Of a DNA stretch of 64,000 bases, positions 8,561-18,835 are shown piece after piece. The stretch is from an uncultured Planctomycetota bacterium (GTDB lineage: Bacteria > Planctomycetota > Uabimicrobiia > Uabimicrobiales > JABWCH01). The stretch covers positions 36 through 64,035 of the forward strand of contig CAZPDM010000005.1 of the NCBI GenBank assembly GCA_964585305.1. The letters run 5' to 3'. Position 1 is the stretch's first letter. Every line of letters starts with the position of its first letter. Both the position numbers and the translations under genes were made by a program. A model generated the notes under the pieces. It saw nothing but the letters and a program-made list of their open reading frames with translations. It did no database searches and was not told where the DNA came from.

Positions 8561-11500
8561 ATGTCTTATAAAATTTTAAAAATACTAGGTGAAGGTGGAA
8601 TGGGAAAGGTTTACCAAGCGCTTGACACAACCTTAAATCGAATTGTTGCCATTAAAGCTTTCCATGAGAACATTGTGCCAAATGAAAAAGCTGCAAAGAG
8701 ATTTTTGCGTGAAAGTCAAATTTGTGCTAGTTTAGACCATCCTAACATCATTAAGGTTTATCAATTTACTTTCGAAAATAATCGTGCTATTTTAGTGATG
8801 GAATACATTGAAGGGGAATGTTTGCTGGAATATATTAAAAATAAAAAACCAAGCCAAGATAAAATATTAGAAATTTTTGCCAAAATAATAGAAGCTGTAC
8901 ACTATGCACATAGAAAACAAATTATTCATAGAGATATTAAACCAACAAATATTATTGTACGAGATAATGGCGAACCCGTACTTATGGATTTTGGAATAGC
9001 AAAAGCAGCGCAAATTGAAGACTTAACTCGGACAGGAGAACTGGTTGGAACTCCTCAATATATGTCTCCTGAACAAGCATCTGGAGAACGACATGCCGTG
9101 GATCACCGTGCAGACATCTATAGTCTAGGCGTCATTTTATACCAAATTTTAACAGAAAAACTTCCTATTACAGCAACTACTTTAAGTGAAATGTTAGAAA
9201 ACATAGCTACTGCAGAAATAATTTTGCCGCGAGAGTACAACCAAGAAATGGCTCCCAATCTTGAACAAATTTGCATGAAATCTCTTTGTCGCGATAAAGA
9301 AAAAAGATATGCTACAGCAAAAGAATTTGCTGAAGATTTATATAATTTTCAACAAGGAAAAAAAATTAAAGCTGAAAAGTTTATTCAAAAACAAAAATGG
9401 CAAAAATACTTTGCCAAGGTAGGAATTATTGCTGGCATATTTATTGCGATTCTAGCTTTCTTTTATGCTACTATAAATTTTTATTCAAAACCTGAAAATA
9501 CTTTTGATGAAAAAAAGCTACAAGAATATTTAAATAATTCACAAATATACTATTCCCAAAATAGCATAGCAAAAGGCTATTCTTACTTAGATGAATTTTC
9601 AACATTAGTAAGTAATAATAAGATATATTTCCAGGAAAATTTGTCACAATGCCAAGCTAATATAGAAAAATTCTTGCACGAAACATATTCTCTATCTCTA
9701 ATATATCTTTTAGGTGGATCTAATGAAGAAATTATTTATTTAGCTAAATGTGAAGAAATAGCAAAAAAAATTGATCTTTCAATGATCTCACAAATTAGAA
9801 ATAAGTATTGGAAACTGCCTATATCAGGACAGATGACACATCAAATAAACTCTATCAATGAATATCTTATTAAAGATTCCAACTGGCCTGTTACTATTTT
9901 TAAACAAGCATTACAAGAATATAAATCATATCAATATGAAGCTGCTGTTCAAAATTTTGAATTACTACGCACATATTATCTTAATTTTCAACCTCAAAAA
10001 CCTATTCAAAAAATTTGTTGGGAATATGCAAAGATTACTGTTGCTTATTATCTAGGGTTATGTTATGTCAACCAAAGAAAATTTGCTTCCGCTTCAAATA
10101 TTTTTTTAGATGCTCAACGATATTGGAAAGGAAATAACTTTGTAAAATTTATAGAAGAACATCAAGACATTTTACAAAAATCACAAAAATTTGAATCACG
10201 ATTACCTATAAGGAAATTATACGCCAATATTCTAATTTATTTAGGAACAAGCTTTATTGGAGATATTCCTTATACTAATGATCTAACATCTGATGATAAA
10301 GTTAACTATTCCAATTTAGTAAGTATTTTAGAAGAATTGACTTCTTATGAAAAAAATATTTCCGAATATTCTGAAGAATGGGCTTTATTACAAGAGTTTA
10401 AAGCTAGAATAGCTTTATGGAAAAAAAATGACGAAACATATATAAACAAAGAAAATAAAGAATACGCAATCAATTTAATTACTACTTGTTTAGAAAACAA
10501 TCCCATGCGTTTTTCCTGCTACTTAATACGCGGAACAGCCTATTTAGAATTAAAGGAATATAAAAAATCCTTTTACGATTTTGATTATGCTTCAAAAATA
10601 AATCCAGAACAAATAGAATCGCTTAGTAAAATTTTTAAAATTATTCCTTACTATCCTACGACAAGATACGAAAGTATTGAAAATATTGTTAGCATCCTTC
10701 ACAATTGGTGGGTACGTGCAGATTTAACAATTTTTGATTTCTTTGGAGATGATATTTCTAAAATACAAAAACATTTCCGAACGAAATGGCAAGAACAAGA
10801 AAATTCAGCGATTTCTATAAATGATGCAGAGAAATTTTATTCTCATCTTTTTGGCTCAGAAGAATTATCTAGTTTAGCAACAAATTCTTTTTTATCTATG
10901 CAAGCATATTCTCAAACATTAGAATTTTTGGAAAACAAAAAAAAAGAAATTAACAATAATTCCAGCATAGATTCATTCGAAAAACAAAAAAAATTAACAA
11001 AAATATCTGAGCTTATTTTTTCTTTGCAAGAAAAAGATAAAGAAAAATTTAAATACCAAGTTTTATACCTTCTGAGTATGATTTCCTATCAAAATAGAAT
11101 TCCAGAAGATATATTAGAAGAATTTACTAAAAATCCTAAGCGTCTGTATATAATCCATCGATTAGTATTCGACCGTGCATTTCAAGATGAATGGCCAAGT
11201 ATAAACAATTTAGAAGAAAAACAAGATTGGTTGAAACTATATTACTTAGGAGCGAGAGTACTTGCACATATACAAAAAGAAATTCCCCAAGAAATACTTC
11301 CAATCGAATATCAAACATTGCCATCATACCAAAAATATTATCGACCGCTTCTACTAGAGTTAGTAAAAAAAGAAAACAATGAAATATTAAAGATTATTTT
11401 ATTAAGAGCATTACAAGATATTACCTATTTTTCTTCAGAGCATCGTGAGTTCATTTGGCAAGTGAGCAGTAAACAAACACTCCATAAAGATCCTTTTATA

Positions 11501-13546
11501 GAAATGATATATTTTCCCCTATTGTTTAAAAGTGAACAAAAAGACACTCAAAAAAAATTTTACTCTTTTTTTCAACAATGCAGTTCTCTAGCAAAACAAA
11601 TTATTGTTTACACTTCGTATGATATAGATAATAAATTTTTTGAAAAACGATTGTATTTCGATATTCCCATGCAAAATCTTTGGGAGGAAGGATTATCAAG
11701 TTCTGACTACCGACTAAAAATGCTAAGCATTATCAATACTAAAAAAATTTTTAAATTCTCATATACTAATGAAAAAATTTGGCCTTTTTTACAACCATTC
11801 TTTTTCGATAAAAATCCTCTTTTACAAAAAGCCGCCTTAGTAGCAGCTTCAGAATTTTCCGAAATTCGAAAACTAAATTTTCCTGAATTTCAAAGAATAT
11901 GTTGGGAAATTTTAAAAAAATCAGATAATTCAGAAACTAAAAGAATGGCTGTTGTAAACTTATTACGCTCATCAGATGATAGAATTTTTGAATATATGGA
12001 AAACCAAAATTTGACATTTTTAGAAAAAGTAAACTTTTTTTTCTGTATAAATAGTAGCCAAATCAATATATCTTATGCTAAAAACTTTTTTAACTTTTTT
12101 GAAAAAAATATACGCAATCAAGAAAATAGTATTATGCTAACAATGTTCTGTTATTTTTTTCATGCTATACAAACATCATCTACAGATAGATTACAACGAA
12201 ATATATTGCAATCCTTTTTTGAAAATCTTATCATATCCTATTTAGATGAAGATGATTATACAATGAGATATTGGAGTATAATATCTTCTAGCAAGATTGA
12301 TGATCTTTCTCCCAGAATATGGCAAAAAATTGCCTCTAAAATAGGATCCAACCAAAATAAAATACTTGACAGTTTACAAATAGGAGCATTATTAAATATA
12401 GCTGTTCGCCAACCTAATTATCAAGAGTTAGTAAAGCTATGCCCACAATGGAAAAGTAGTATAATGGAAAAAGCTAAAACTCCCCAAAATTACCCACAAG
12501 AACTATACTACAGTATGTGGTTTTATTGGCAAATCTTGCAAAATAATAAAAATAATTATTTTGCTGAGACAAAAGATTTTATTACAAACGAAAACCCTAT
12601 TGCAATGGAAGAAAGATTTTTTACTACATTCGAAACAGAAATTTTTGATCCTGATTTTCTATTTCGTGCCAAATATGCTCTAGAAACTATGCTAGAAATT
12701 GGAAAAACAATGGGAGCTATTAAAGATAATGAATATGGCAGAAGTAGAATGATTAAGATGATATTAGCTTTAAGTAAAGTATACAAAAATAACAATGAAA
12801 TAGATAAAGCCCAACAGATATTAGAAACAGAAAATCTTCATAAGGAAAATCCTCAAATTGCACTTGCTTGGTTGCAATTAAAGTTTGACAATTCAGAACA
12901 AAATAACTTTATAAACAATGACGAAATAAAAATTTGGTGGAAAAATTGGCAAAATCAAAAATTAAACAACTGTAGAGATGAATCTATTCGCTTACAAATA
13001 AAAGCATTTTTACTACGCAAAGAAAAAAAATACAATGAAGCTATTCAAACATTAAAACAAGCACATATTCTCTGTCCAGAAGATAATAGCAATCAAATAG
13101 ATTTACTCGAAGTTTATTTTAAAGAACAAGCTGATTTAAAAAATGGAGAAATTGCTCTTTTTATGGCGCTCTATCATGCACAATATAAATCTCCATTTTA
13201 TTGGTATCGACTTAAATATTATGATTCCTATACATATAATTTAGAAACTTTTATAAAGTATCTAGAATATCTTGCTTATAATGCATGTGAATATCCTATT
13301 ACTTTTGAAAATATACAAAGCCTTGGAATTCCCAAAGATCAGTTAGGATATGTCTATTATTCTATTGGCAGACAAAAAACTGAAAAGCGTCAAATCTACC
13401 ATGCTATTTTCTGGTTTGAAAAAGCATATCAAGAAGGATATCGAATAAAAGATAGAATTCCAGAAGGTTTTGAAATCGCTGTAAAAAGAGCTTTATTATT
13501 TCCTAAGTTTTCACAAATTTGGCGTAAAATATATACAGTAAAATAA
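8561..13546 (+). CDS. Membrane Ser/Thr protein kinase, paralog 2
   Basis: Same architecture and catalytic motifs as paralog 1 (HRDIKPTN). The ORF opens at 8540, but the paralogs start at M-x-Y-(Q/K)-I. ATG 8561 gives MSYKILKILGEGGMGKVY, and 8540 abuts the hairpin. Confidence 0.9.
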   Translation: MSYKILKILGEGGMGKVYQALDTTLNRIVAIKAFHENIVPNEKAAKRFLRESQICASLDHPNIIKVYQFTFENNRAILVMEYIEGECLLEYIKNKKPSQDKILEIFAKIIEAVHYAHRKQIIHRDIKPTNIIVRDNGEPVLMDFGIAKAAQIEDLTRTGELVGTPQYMSPEQASGERHAVDHRADIYSLGVILYQILTEKLPITATTLSEMLENIATAEIILPREYNQEMAPNLEQICMKSLCRDKEKRYATAKEFAEDLYNFQQGKKIKAEKFIQKQKWQKYFAKVGIIAGIFIAILAFFYATINFYSKPENTFDEKKLQEYLNNSQIYYSQNSIAKGYSYLDEFSTLVSNNKIYFQENLSQCQANIEKFLHETYSLSLIYLLGGSNEEIIYLAKCEEIAKKIDLSMISQIRNKYWKLPISGQMTHQINSINEYLIKDSNWPVTIFKQALQEYKSYQYEAAVQNFELLRTYYLNFQPQKPIQKICWEYAKITVAYYLGLCYVNQRKFASASNIFLDAQRYWKGNNFVKFIEEHQDILQKSQKFESRLPIRKLYANILIYLGTSFIGDIPYTNDLTSDDKVNYSNLVSILEELTSYEKNISEYSEEWALLQEFKARIALWKKNDETYINKENKEYAINLITTCLENNPMRFSCYLIRGTAYLELKEYKKSFYDFDYASKINPEQIESLSKIFKIIPYYPTTRYESIENIVSILHNWWVRADLTIFDFFGDDISKIQKHFRTKWQEQENSAISINDAEKFYSHLFGSEELSSLATNSFLSMQAYSQTLEFLENKKKEINNNSSIDSFEKQKKLTKISELIFSLQEKDKEKFKYQVLYLLSMISYQNRIPEDILEEFTKNPKRLYIIHRLVFDRAFQDEWPSINNLEEKQDWLKLYYLGARVLAHIQKEIPQEILPIEYQTLPSYQKYYRPLLLELVKKENNEILKIILLRALQDITYFSSEHREFIWQVSSKQTLHKDPFIEMIYFPLLFKSEQKDTQKKFYSFFQQCSSLAKQIIVYTSYDIDNKFFEKRLYFDIPMQNLWEEGLSSSDYRLKMLSIINTKKIFKFSYTNEKIWPFLQPFFFDKNPLLQKAALVAASEFSEIRKLNFPEFQRICWEILKKSDNSETKRMAVVNLLRSSDDRIFEYMENQNLTFLEKVNFFFCINSSQINISYAKNFFNFFEKNIRNQENSIMLTMFCYFFHAIQTSSTDRLQRNILQSFFENLIISYLDEDDYTMRYWSIISSSKIDDLSPRIWQKIASKIGSNQNKILDSLQIGALLNIAVRQPNYQELVKLCPQWKSSIMEKAKTPQNYPQELYYSMWFYWQILQNNKNNYFAETKDFITNENPIAMEERFFTTFETEIFDPDFLFRAKYALETMLEIGKTMGAIKDNEYGRSRMIKMILALSKVYKNNNEIDKAQQILETENLHKENPQIALAWLQLKFDNSEQNNFINNDEIKIWWKNWQNQKLNNCRDESIRLQIKAFLLRKEKKYNEAIQTLKQAHILCPEDNSNQIDLLEVYFKEQADLKNGEIALFMALYHAQYKSPFYWYRLKYYDSYTYNLETFIKYLEYLAYNACEYPITFENIQSLGIPKDQLGYVYYSIGRQKTEKRQIYHAIFWFEKAYQEGYRIKDRIPEGFEIAVKRALLFPKFSQIWRKIYTVK

Positions 13547-13593
13547 AATTTACTGAATGGTCTGTCAACTAAGTTTTTGGATATTTAATTGAG

Positions 13594-13659
13594 AGGAATT
13601 GAACCTGCCACTGCAATTTTTTCTTTAAAGCCTTCATTTATAAGCGGTGGTCAATTCCT
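13594..13659. repeat. Long imperfect inverted repeat in the paralog 2/3 spacer
   Basis: AGGAATTGAACCTGCCACTGC ... GCGGTGGTCAATTCCT. There is a 9-bp outer stem (AGGAATTGA/TCAATTCCT) and an inner stem with 6 of 7 positions paired (CCACTGC/GCGGTGG), around a ~29-nt A/T-rich loop. Confidence 0.5.
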
Positions 13660-13748
13660 ACCATGCCCCTATGTGCATGGACAAGTATAATTAAGATAAC
13701 GAAATTATGTCTAACAATTTTATTGACAGACTACTTAAACTAAGCTTT

Positions 13749-13772
13749 CCCTCGTTCTTCTATAGAACGAGG
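13749..13772 (+). other. Intergenic stem-loop upstream of kinase paralog 3
   Basis: CCTCGTTCT-ttctat-AGAACGAGG (9-bp perfect stem). It ends 21 nt before ATG 13794. Confidence 0.6.
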
Positions 13773-13793
13773 AAAATTAAGGAATTCTCAAAT

Positions 13794-16700
13794 ATGGCCT
13801 ACCAAATAAAAAAAGTTTTAGGCGAAGGCGGCATGGGAATTGTCTATCAAGCAGTAGATACATCATTAAATAGAATTGTTGCTATAAAATCATTTCGAGA
13901 AAAAGTTGTTCCCACTGCTAAAGCTATCAAACGCTTTATGAGAGAGACAGAAATTTCTGCAAGTTTGGATCATCCTAATATTATTAAAGTATATCAATTT
14001 TTATCTGAAAATAATCGATCCTCTCTTATCATGGAATATATTGAAGGAGAGCCTTTACTAGATTACATCGAAAATCAAAAACCAAGTTTGGATAAAATTC
14101 TAGAAATCTTTGAGAAAGTGGTAGAAGCCGTTCATTATGCCCATCGAAAGCAAATTATTCATCGTGATATAAAACCATCTAATATTATGGTTCGCAAAAA
14201 TGGTGAGCCAGTACTTATGGATTTTGGTATTGCAAAAGCCTCTCAAGTAGAAGACTTGACACGATCAGGAGAATTAGTTGGAACACCTCAATATATGTCT
14301 CCTGAACAGGCATCTGGAAGTCGGAGAGAAATTGATTTCCGTACAGACATTTATAGCCTAGGTGCAATACTTTATCAAATCTTAACTAAAGCACGCCCTG
14401 TTGAAGGGGAAAACCTAACTGAAATTTTATACAATATATATGCAAAGCCCGTAATTTTACCCAGGGAGCGAAATCCAGAAATTTCAGTCGATCTTGAGCA
14501 AATTTGTATGAAAGCTCTTTGCAAAGAAAAAGATCAACGTTATGCCACCGCAAAAGCATTTGCGGAAGACTTAAGAAACTATCGAGAAGGAAAAAAAATT
14601 AAAGCGTCTGGATTTATACAGAAACAAAAATGGCAAAAACGCTTTATTATTATAGGAATTGTGTTCTTAGTTATGCTAGCAGGTATAGGAATTTGGAGTA
14701 GCTATAGAAATATCCAAAAATCTGAAAATGAAAAGAAATACCAACTCCAAGCTATTGCATCATTAGAAAAAAAAGTTGAAGATGCTTGGAAAAACGCAGA
14801 AGAATGTTATGCAAAGCAACAATTCGCAAAAGCATATTCCTACTTAGAAGAATTTTCTACCTATATCATCAGCGATAAAAAATTCTTTCTTGAAAGAAAA
14901 AATAATCTTCAACCTAAATTAGAAAAATTTTTGTATGAAACATACGCATTATCTCAAATTTATGCACTTGAAAAATCTAATGAAAGATTGCTTTATTTAG
15001 TTCAATTTCAAGAAACATGCAAACAGATAGAAGAAAGCAGCAGCCAGTATACTAAACACTGGGTAGTAAAAGAAAAAGGAAAAAGCATTTTAACAGAAGA
15101 TTATTTTTATGAAGCAAAGAAAAACTATAACTCTCGACAATTTAGTACAGCTATAGAAAAATTTGAAAATTTAAGAACGCATTATTCTTCATTTGAAAGT
15201 ATCTATCCTATCCAAAAATTATTACAACAATACGCAAATATTGTTAATACCTATCAGCTAGGATTATGTTATTTTCAACAAAAGAAATTTAAAACGGCAT
15301 TTGAACACTTTTCTAATGCCAAAGAAAAGTTAGAACAAAGCAATTTTTTCGCATTTGTGCGAGAGCAACAAGAAATATTGCAACAAGTAAAAAAAATGGA
15401 ACAAAATTTTTCTATAGAAAAATTTTACAGCAACATGCTGATATATCTGGCAAGCAGTCGGATTGGAGAAATTCCCTATTCAGAAAATATCTTTTTCAAA
15501 GATAGCAAATCTAATGAAAAAGAATACGATCCAGACTTGATAAAATATATTACAAATATTTTAGATTTGTTAGAACAAAAAAGATATAGTGAAGTTCTCT
15601 CTCATTACTCAGAGGAATGGGCATTACTCCAAGAATTGAAAGCTAGATTGCTTATTTGGAAAAATTCAGGAGAAAGAGAAAAAAATATAAGAAATTCTAT
15701 TTTTCTTATGGAAGAATGTTTAAAAGAAAATCCAATTCGAGATTCTTGTTACTTGATATTAGGCAGTGCTTATTTGGAACTTAAAGAATATGAACGATCT
15801 TTAAATTCTTTCGAATATGCTTTTCAAATCAATCCCCAACAAGTAGAATCTATTAGTAAATTTGTTGAAATCCTTCCCAATTATCAATCTCTAAAATATA
15901 ATGATATGGAAAATATCATTGGAGTTTTTTTGCGTTGGTGGCTACGAATCAACATGACTATTGTAGATATTCATGAAGAAGACATTATACGAATTCGTTC
16001 TAATTTTAGAAAAAAATGGCAAGAGCAGGAAAATTCTACAGCTCTTGTTAAAGATGCAGAAATAATTTATCCTCATTTATTTAGTGTAGAATCCCTTGCT
16101 CAATTAGCACAGACTTCTTTTCTAGGAATGCGCCCATGCTCTCAAGCATTACAATTTTTAGAAGCGAAAAGAAAATCAATTGAAGAAGAATTAAAAAAAC
16201 CTGAAACAACTAATTTAGAGTCATTAAAAAATAAACACAAAATCGTCTCTAAAATTATTGGAGAAGTTGAACAAGAAAATGCACAAAATTATAGCAGCCA
16301 AACTCTTTACTTATTAAGTAGTATTCCATATCAAAATAGAATTCCAGAAAATATCGTCGCAGAATTTACAAATCTTGAAAAACCAGAATATTTAAGAACA
16401 ATTTACAATCTAGTATTTAAAAAAGATTTTAGAAACAACTGTGAATCTGAAGAAGACTGGCAAAAACTATATTATCTAGGTGCCCGTCTTCTTGCTCATA
16501 CACATATTACTATCCCCCAATTTTTACAAAAAGAAATAGAAGTGGTACCTTCATCGCCTTTTTCTAAAAAATATTTTCGTACTCTTCTTATAGATTTAAG
16601 TAAAAGGGAAATTCAAGAACCATTAAAAATTATTTTACTAAAAGCATTACAAGAAGTTGGATATTTTGATACAGATAACAATTATTTTATTTGGCAAGTT

Positions 16701-18776
16701 GCAAGAGATATAAAAAAATATAACAACAATCCCTTTATTGAAATGATAATTTCTTCTCTTATCCCATTTGATAACAAAGATAATACTAAAAAGCAATGGT
16801 TTGAATTCTTTAGCCAATGCAGTCCTCTCACTAGACTTTGGATTGTTCATACTACAGAAGATTTTGATGATATTGTCTATTATGGAGATAGAGAAAAATT
16901 CTTTAATGTAATTGATTCCACTTGGGACAAAGGATTCTATTGCACAGAAGACTATCGCCAACAAATGCTAAGCATTATTCTAACAGATAAAATCGGACAT
17001 CTGCAAAGAAAAGTTCCCAACCCTAAACCAATCTTTCATAGAATGAAAAAATTTTTCCAACATGAGAATGCTATTTTACAAAAAGCAGCATTAGCCCTTT
17101 TTACAGAATCCGATACTTTACGAAAAGATATACATAAAGACTTTACAAACACTTGCAAAATAATTTTGGATAGCGATGCAAAATGGGAAATAAAACTTAT
17201 GGCCAAGACTGCACTTATTAGAATGGCTGACTCCCAAACTTTAAAAGCTATACAAGAAAAAGAAACGACCAATTTTGAAAAAATTGCTTTTCTTTATGGA
17301 CTCTATGGACAGGAAAAAGAACTTTTAGATTATCTTGATGGAATTTTAGCAATTTGTAAAACTTTTCTTGAAAATCCAAGCGCAGAAGGACAAGGTATAA
17401 TTCAAGGAATGCTTTCTCATTTCTATCCATTTTTACAAAATCTTTTAGTTGAAATTGCACATAGAAGTCTCATTCGTAATTTTTTTGAAAAATCTTTGGA
17501 AAAATGTATCTATAGTCAATATCCAGACTCTCTTTATTGGGCTTTAATCGCAACATCCAAATCTGATCATATATCAAAAATAGTATGGAAAAAAATAGCC
17601 AAAGATTTGTTAGAAAAACCAAATGATGGAAATATTTTAGGTTCATTATTAAATATTGCTGCAAAGAATCCTAATGATCCTGAATTAAAAAAAGAAGCCA
17701 TCCAATGGCATAAAATTTTGGAAGAAAAACTAAAAGAACCTAAAAAAAATAAAAAGCAATTGATGTCTGTCCTTTGGTTTTATCGTGAATTATTACGTAG
17801 TCATCAATTTAGCGATAAACAAAGTTTTAATTTAATCATGCAATCCGAAAATTATATTTCGATTGATGAATATATTATAAGAAGTTTAGAAAATTGCCAT
17901 TTAGATCCAAACATGCAAGAACGTGCGCAAAAATCCCTAGAGACAATTATAAAAATAAGTACTGCTATTGAAAGTATTAAAGGCGATTTCTATGAACGTA
18001 GATATTTCCTACGTTCTATGAAACAACTTTGTAAGATTTATGAACAAAAAAAAGAATTTAAAAATATTTGGGCTATTTTAGAAAAAGAAAATCTACATAA
18101 TATAGAAATAGAAATTGCACATCTCTGGCTAAAGTTAAAAATAGTATATGAACCCAATGATCATCAAATTGAAAACTTCTGGAAAAATTGGAAAGAAAAA
18201 GAAATATCTGATTGTCGAACGGAATCATTACGACTGCAAATGCAGGCAATGTTAGAAAGGCAAAATAAACAATATAAAGAAGCTCTTCAACATTTAAAAT
18301 ACGCTTATATGCTTTGTCCAGAAGATAGCGAAATTCAAACAAATATGATAGAAATTTATTTGTATGATATATCTGATTTAAATATGGCAGAAAAATTATT
18401 ACCTATAGCTATTACAAAATCTGATTATAAAAACTCTTTACGCTGGCTATATGCACAATATTATGCAATGAAAAGAGAGTATGATGTGGTTGAAGACATT
18501 TTAGCTAAACTAGCTTTTCCATTAAGAATAGATGATGTACAACGATTGAATATTCCCAAAGAAAAATTAGGAATTATTTATTCGACTATAGCTAAAAAAT
18601 ATATAGACGACTATAATTACTATAATGTTACATATTGGCTCGATAAAGCATATCAAGAAGGTTACCGCGTCCATAAAAAAACATCAAAAAAATTGGAAAA
18701 AAACGCAAGAGCAATATCTATAAAATATCCTAAATTTAGAGAAGTTTGGAATAAAATCTACATAGATAAAAAATAA
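13794..18776 (+). CDS. Membrane Ser/Thr protein kinase, paralog 3
   Basis: MAYQIKKVLGEGGMGIVY, VAIK, HRDIKPSN, DFG, SPE, one TM, and a conserved C-terminal region. The 29-aa extension from 13707 has no counterpart in the paralogs and would span the hairpin. Confidence 0.9.
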   Translation: MAYQIKKVLGEGGMGIVYQAVDTSLNRIVAIKSFREKVVPTAKAIKRFMRETEISASLDHPNIIKVYQFLSENNRSSLIMEYIEGEPLLDYIENQKPSLDKILEIFEKVVEAVHYAHRKQIIHRDIKPSNIMVRKNGEPVLMDFGIAKASQVEDLTRSGELVGTPQYMSPEQASGSRREIDFRTDIYSLGAILYQILTKARPVEGENLTEILYNIYAKPVILPRERNPEISVDLEQICMKALCKEKDQRYATAKAFAEDLRNYREGKKIKASGFIQKQKWQKRFIIIGIVFLVMLAGIGIWSSYRNIQKSENEKKYQLQAIASLEKKVEDAWKNAEECYAKQQFAKAYSYLEEFSTYIISDKKFFLERKNNLQPKLEKFLYETYALSQIYALEKSNERLLYLVQFQETCKQIEESSSQYTKHWVVKEKGKSILTEDYFYEAKKNYNSRQFSTAIEKFENLRTHYSSFESIYPIQKLLQQYANIVNTYQLGLCYFQQKKFKTAFEHFSNAKEKLEQSNFFAFVREQQEILQQVKKMEQNFSIEKFYSNMLIYLASSRIGEIPYSENIFFKDSKSNEKEYDPDLIKYITNILDLLEQKRYSEVLSHYSEEWALLQELKARLLIWKNSGEREKNIRNSIFLMEECLKENPIRDSCYLILGSAYLELKEYERSLNSFEYAFQINPQQVESISKFVEILPNYQSLKYNDMENIIGVFLRWWLRINMTIVDIHEEDIIRIRSNFRKKWQEQENSTALVKDAEIIYPHLFSVESLAQLAQTSFLGMRPCSQALQFLEAKRKSIEEELKKPETTNLESLKNKHKIVSKIIGEVEQENAQNYSSQTLYLLSSIPYQNRIPENIVAEFTNLEKPEYLRTIYNLVFKKDFRNNCESEEDWQKLYYLGARLLAHTHITIPQFLQKEIEVVPSSPFSKKYFRTLLIDLSKREIQEPLKIILLKALQEVGYFDTDNNYFIWQVARDIKKYNNNPFIEMIISSLIPFDNKDNTKKQWFEFFSQCSPLTRLWIVHTTEDFDDIVYYGDREKFFNVIDSTWDKGFYCTEDYRQQMLSIILTDKIGHLQRKVPNPKPIFHRMKKFFQHENAILQKAALALFTESDTLRKDIHKDFTNTCKIILDSDAKWEIKLMAKTALIRMADSQTLKAIQEKETTNFEKIAFLYGLYGQEKELLDYLDGILAICKTFLENPSAEGQGIIQGMLSHFYPFLQNLLVEIAHRSLIRNFFEKSLEKCIYSQYPDSLYWALIATSKSDHISKIVWKKIAKDLLEKPNDGNILGSLLNIAAKNPNDPELKKEAIQWHKILEEKLKEPKKNKKQLMSVLWFYRELLRSHQFSDKQSFNLIMQSENYISIDEYIIRSLENCHLDPNMQERAQKSLETIIKISTAIESIKGDFYERRYFLRSMKQLCKIYEQKKEFKNIWAILEKENLHNIEIEIAHLWLKLKIVYEPNDHQIENFWKNWKEKEISDCRTESLRLQMQAMLERQNKQYKEALQHLKYAYMLCPEDSEIQTNMIEIYLYDISDLNMAEKLLPIAITKSDYKNSLRWLYAQYYAMKREYDVVEDILAKLAFPLRIDDVQRLNIPKEKLGIIYSTIAKKYIDDYNYYNVTYWLDKAYQEGYRVHKKTSKKLEKNARAISIKYPKFREVWNKIYIDKK

Positions 18777-18780
18777 AAAA

Positions 18781-18809
18781 AGTTTCTTAAGACACTTTCT
18801 TAAGAAACT
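18781..18809 (+). other. Intergenic stem-loop between kinase paralogs 3 and 4
   Basis: AGTTTCTTAAGA-cactt-TCTTAAGAAACT (12-bp perfect stem). No U-tract follows. It ends 26 nt before ATG 18836. Confidence 0.6.
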
Positions 18810-18835
18810 CCCATATATTAAAAAAAGAAAATAAT

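Noticed and set aside
13590-13680. Possible minus-strand tRNA or tRNA fragment, because of GGTTCAATTCC (T-loop-like) in the kinase 2/3 spacer.
   Set aside because: No acceptor stem, D-arm or anticodon arm can be built. The T-stem would contain a C-C mismatch. The complementary partner of the motif is simply the other arm of the 13594..13659 palindrome. I report it only as an inverted repeat.
8540-13793. N-terminal extensions of kinase paralog 2 (from 8540, MKGLVSI-) and paralog 3 (from 13707, 29 aa).
   Set aside because: Paralogs 1 and 4 start directly at M-x-Y-(Q/K)-I-(V/I)-K-I-L-G-E-G-G. The extensions abut or run through the intergenic hairpins and lack counterparts. Internal ATGs 8561 and 13794 are preferred.
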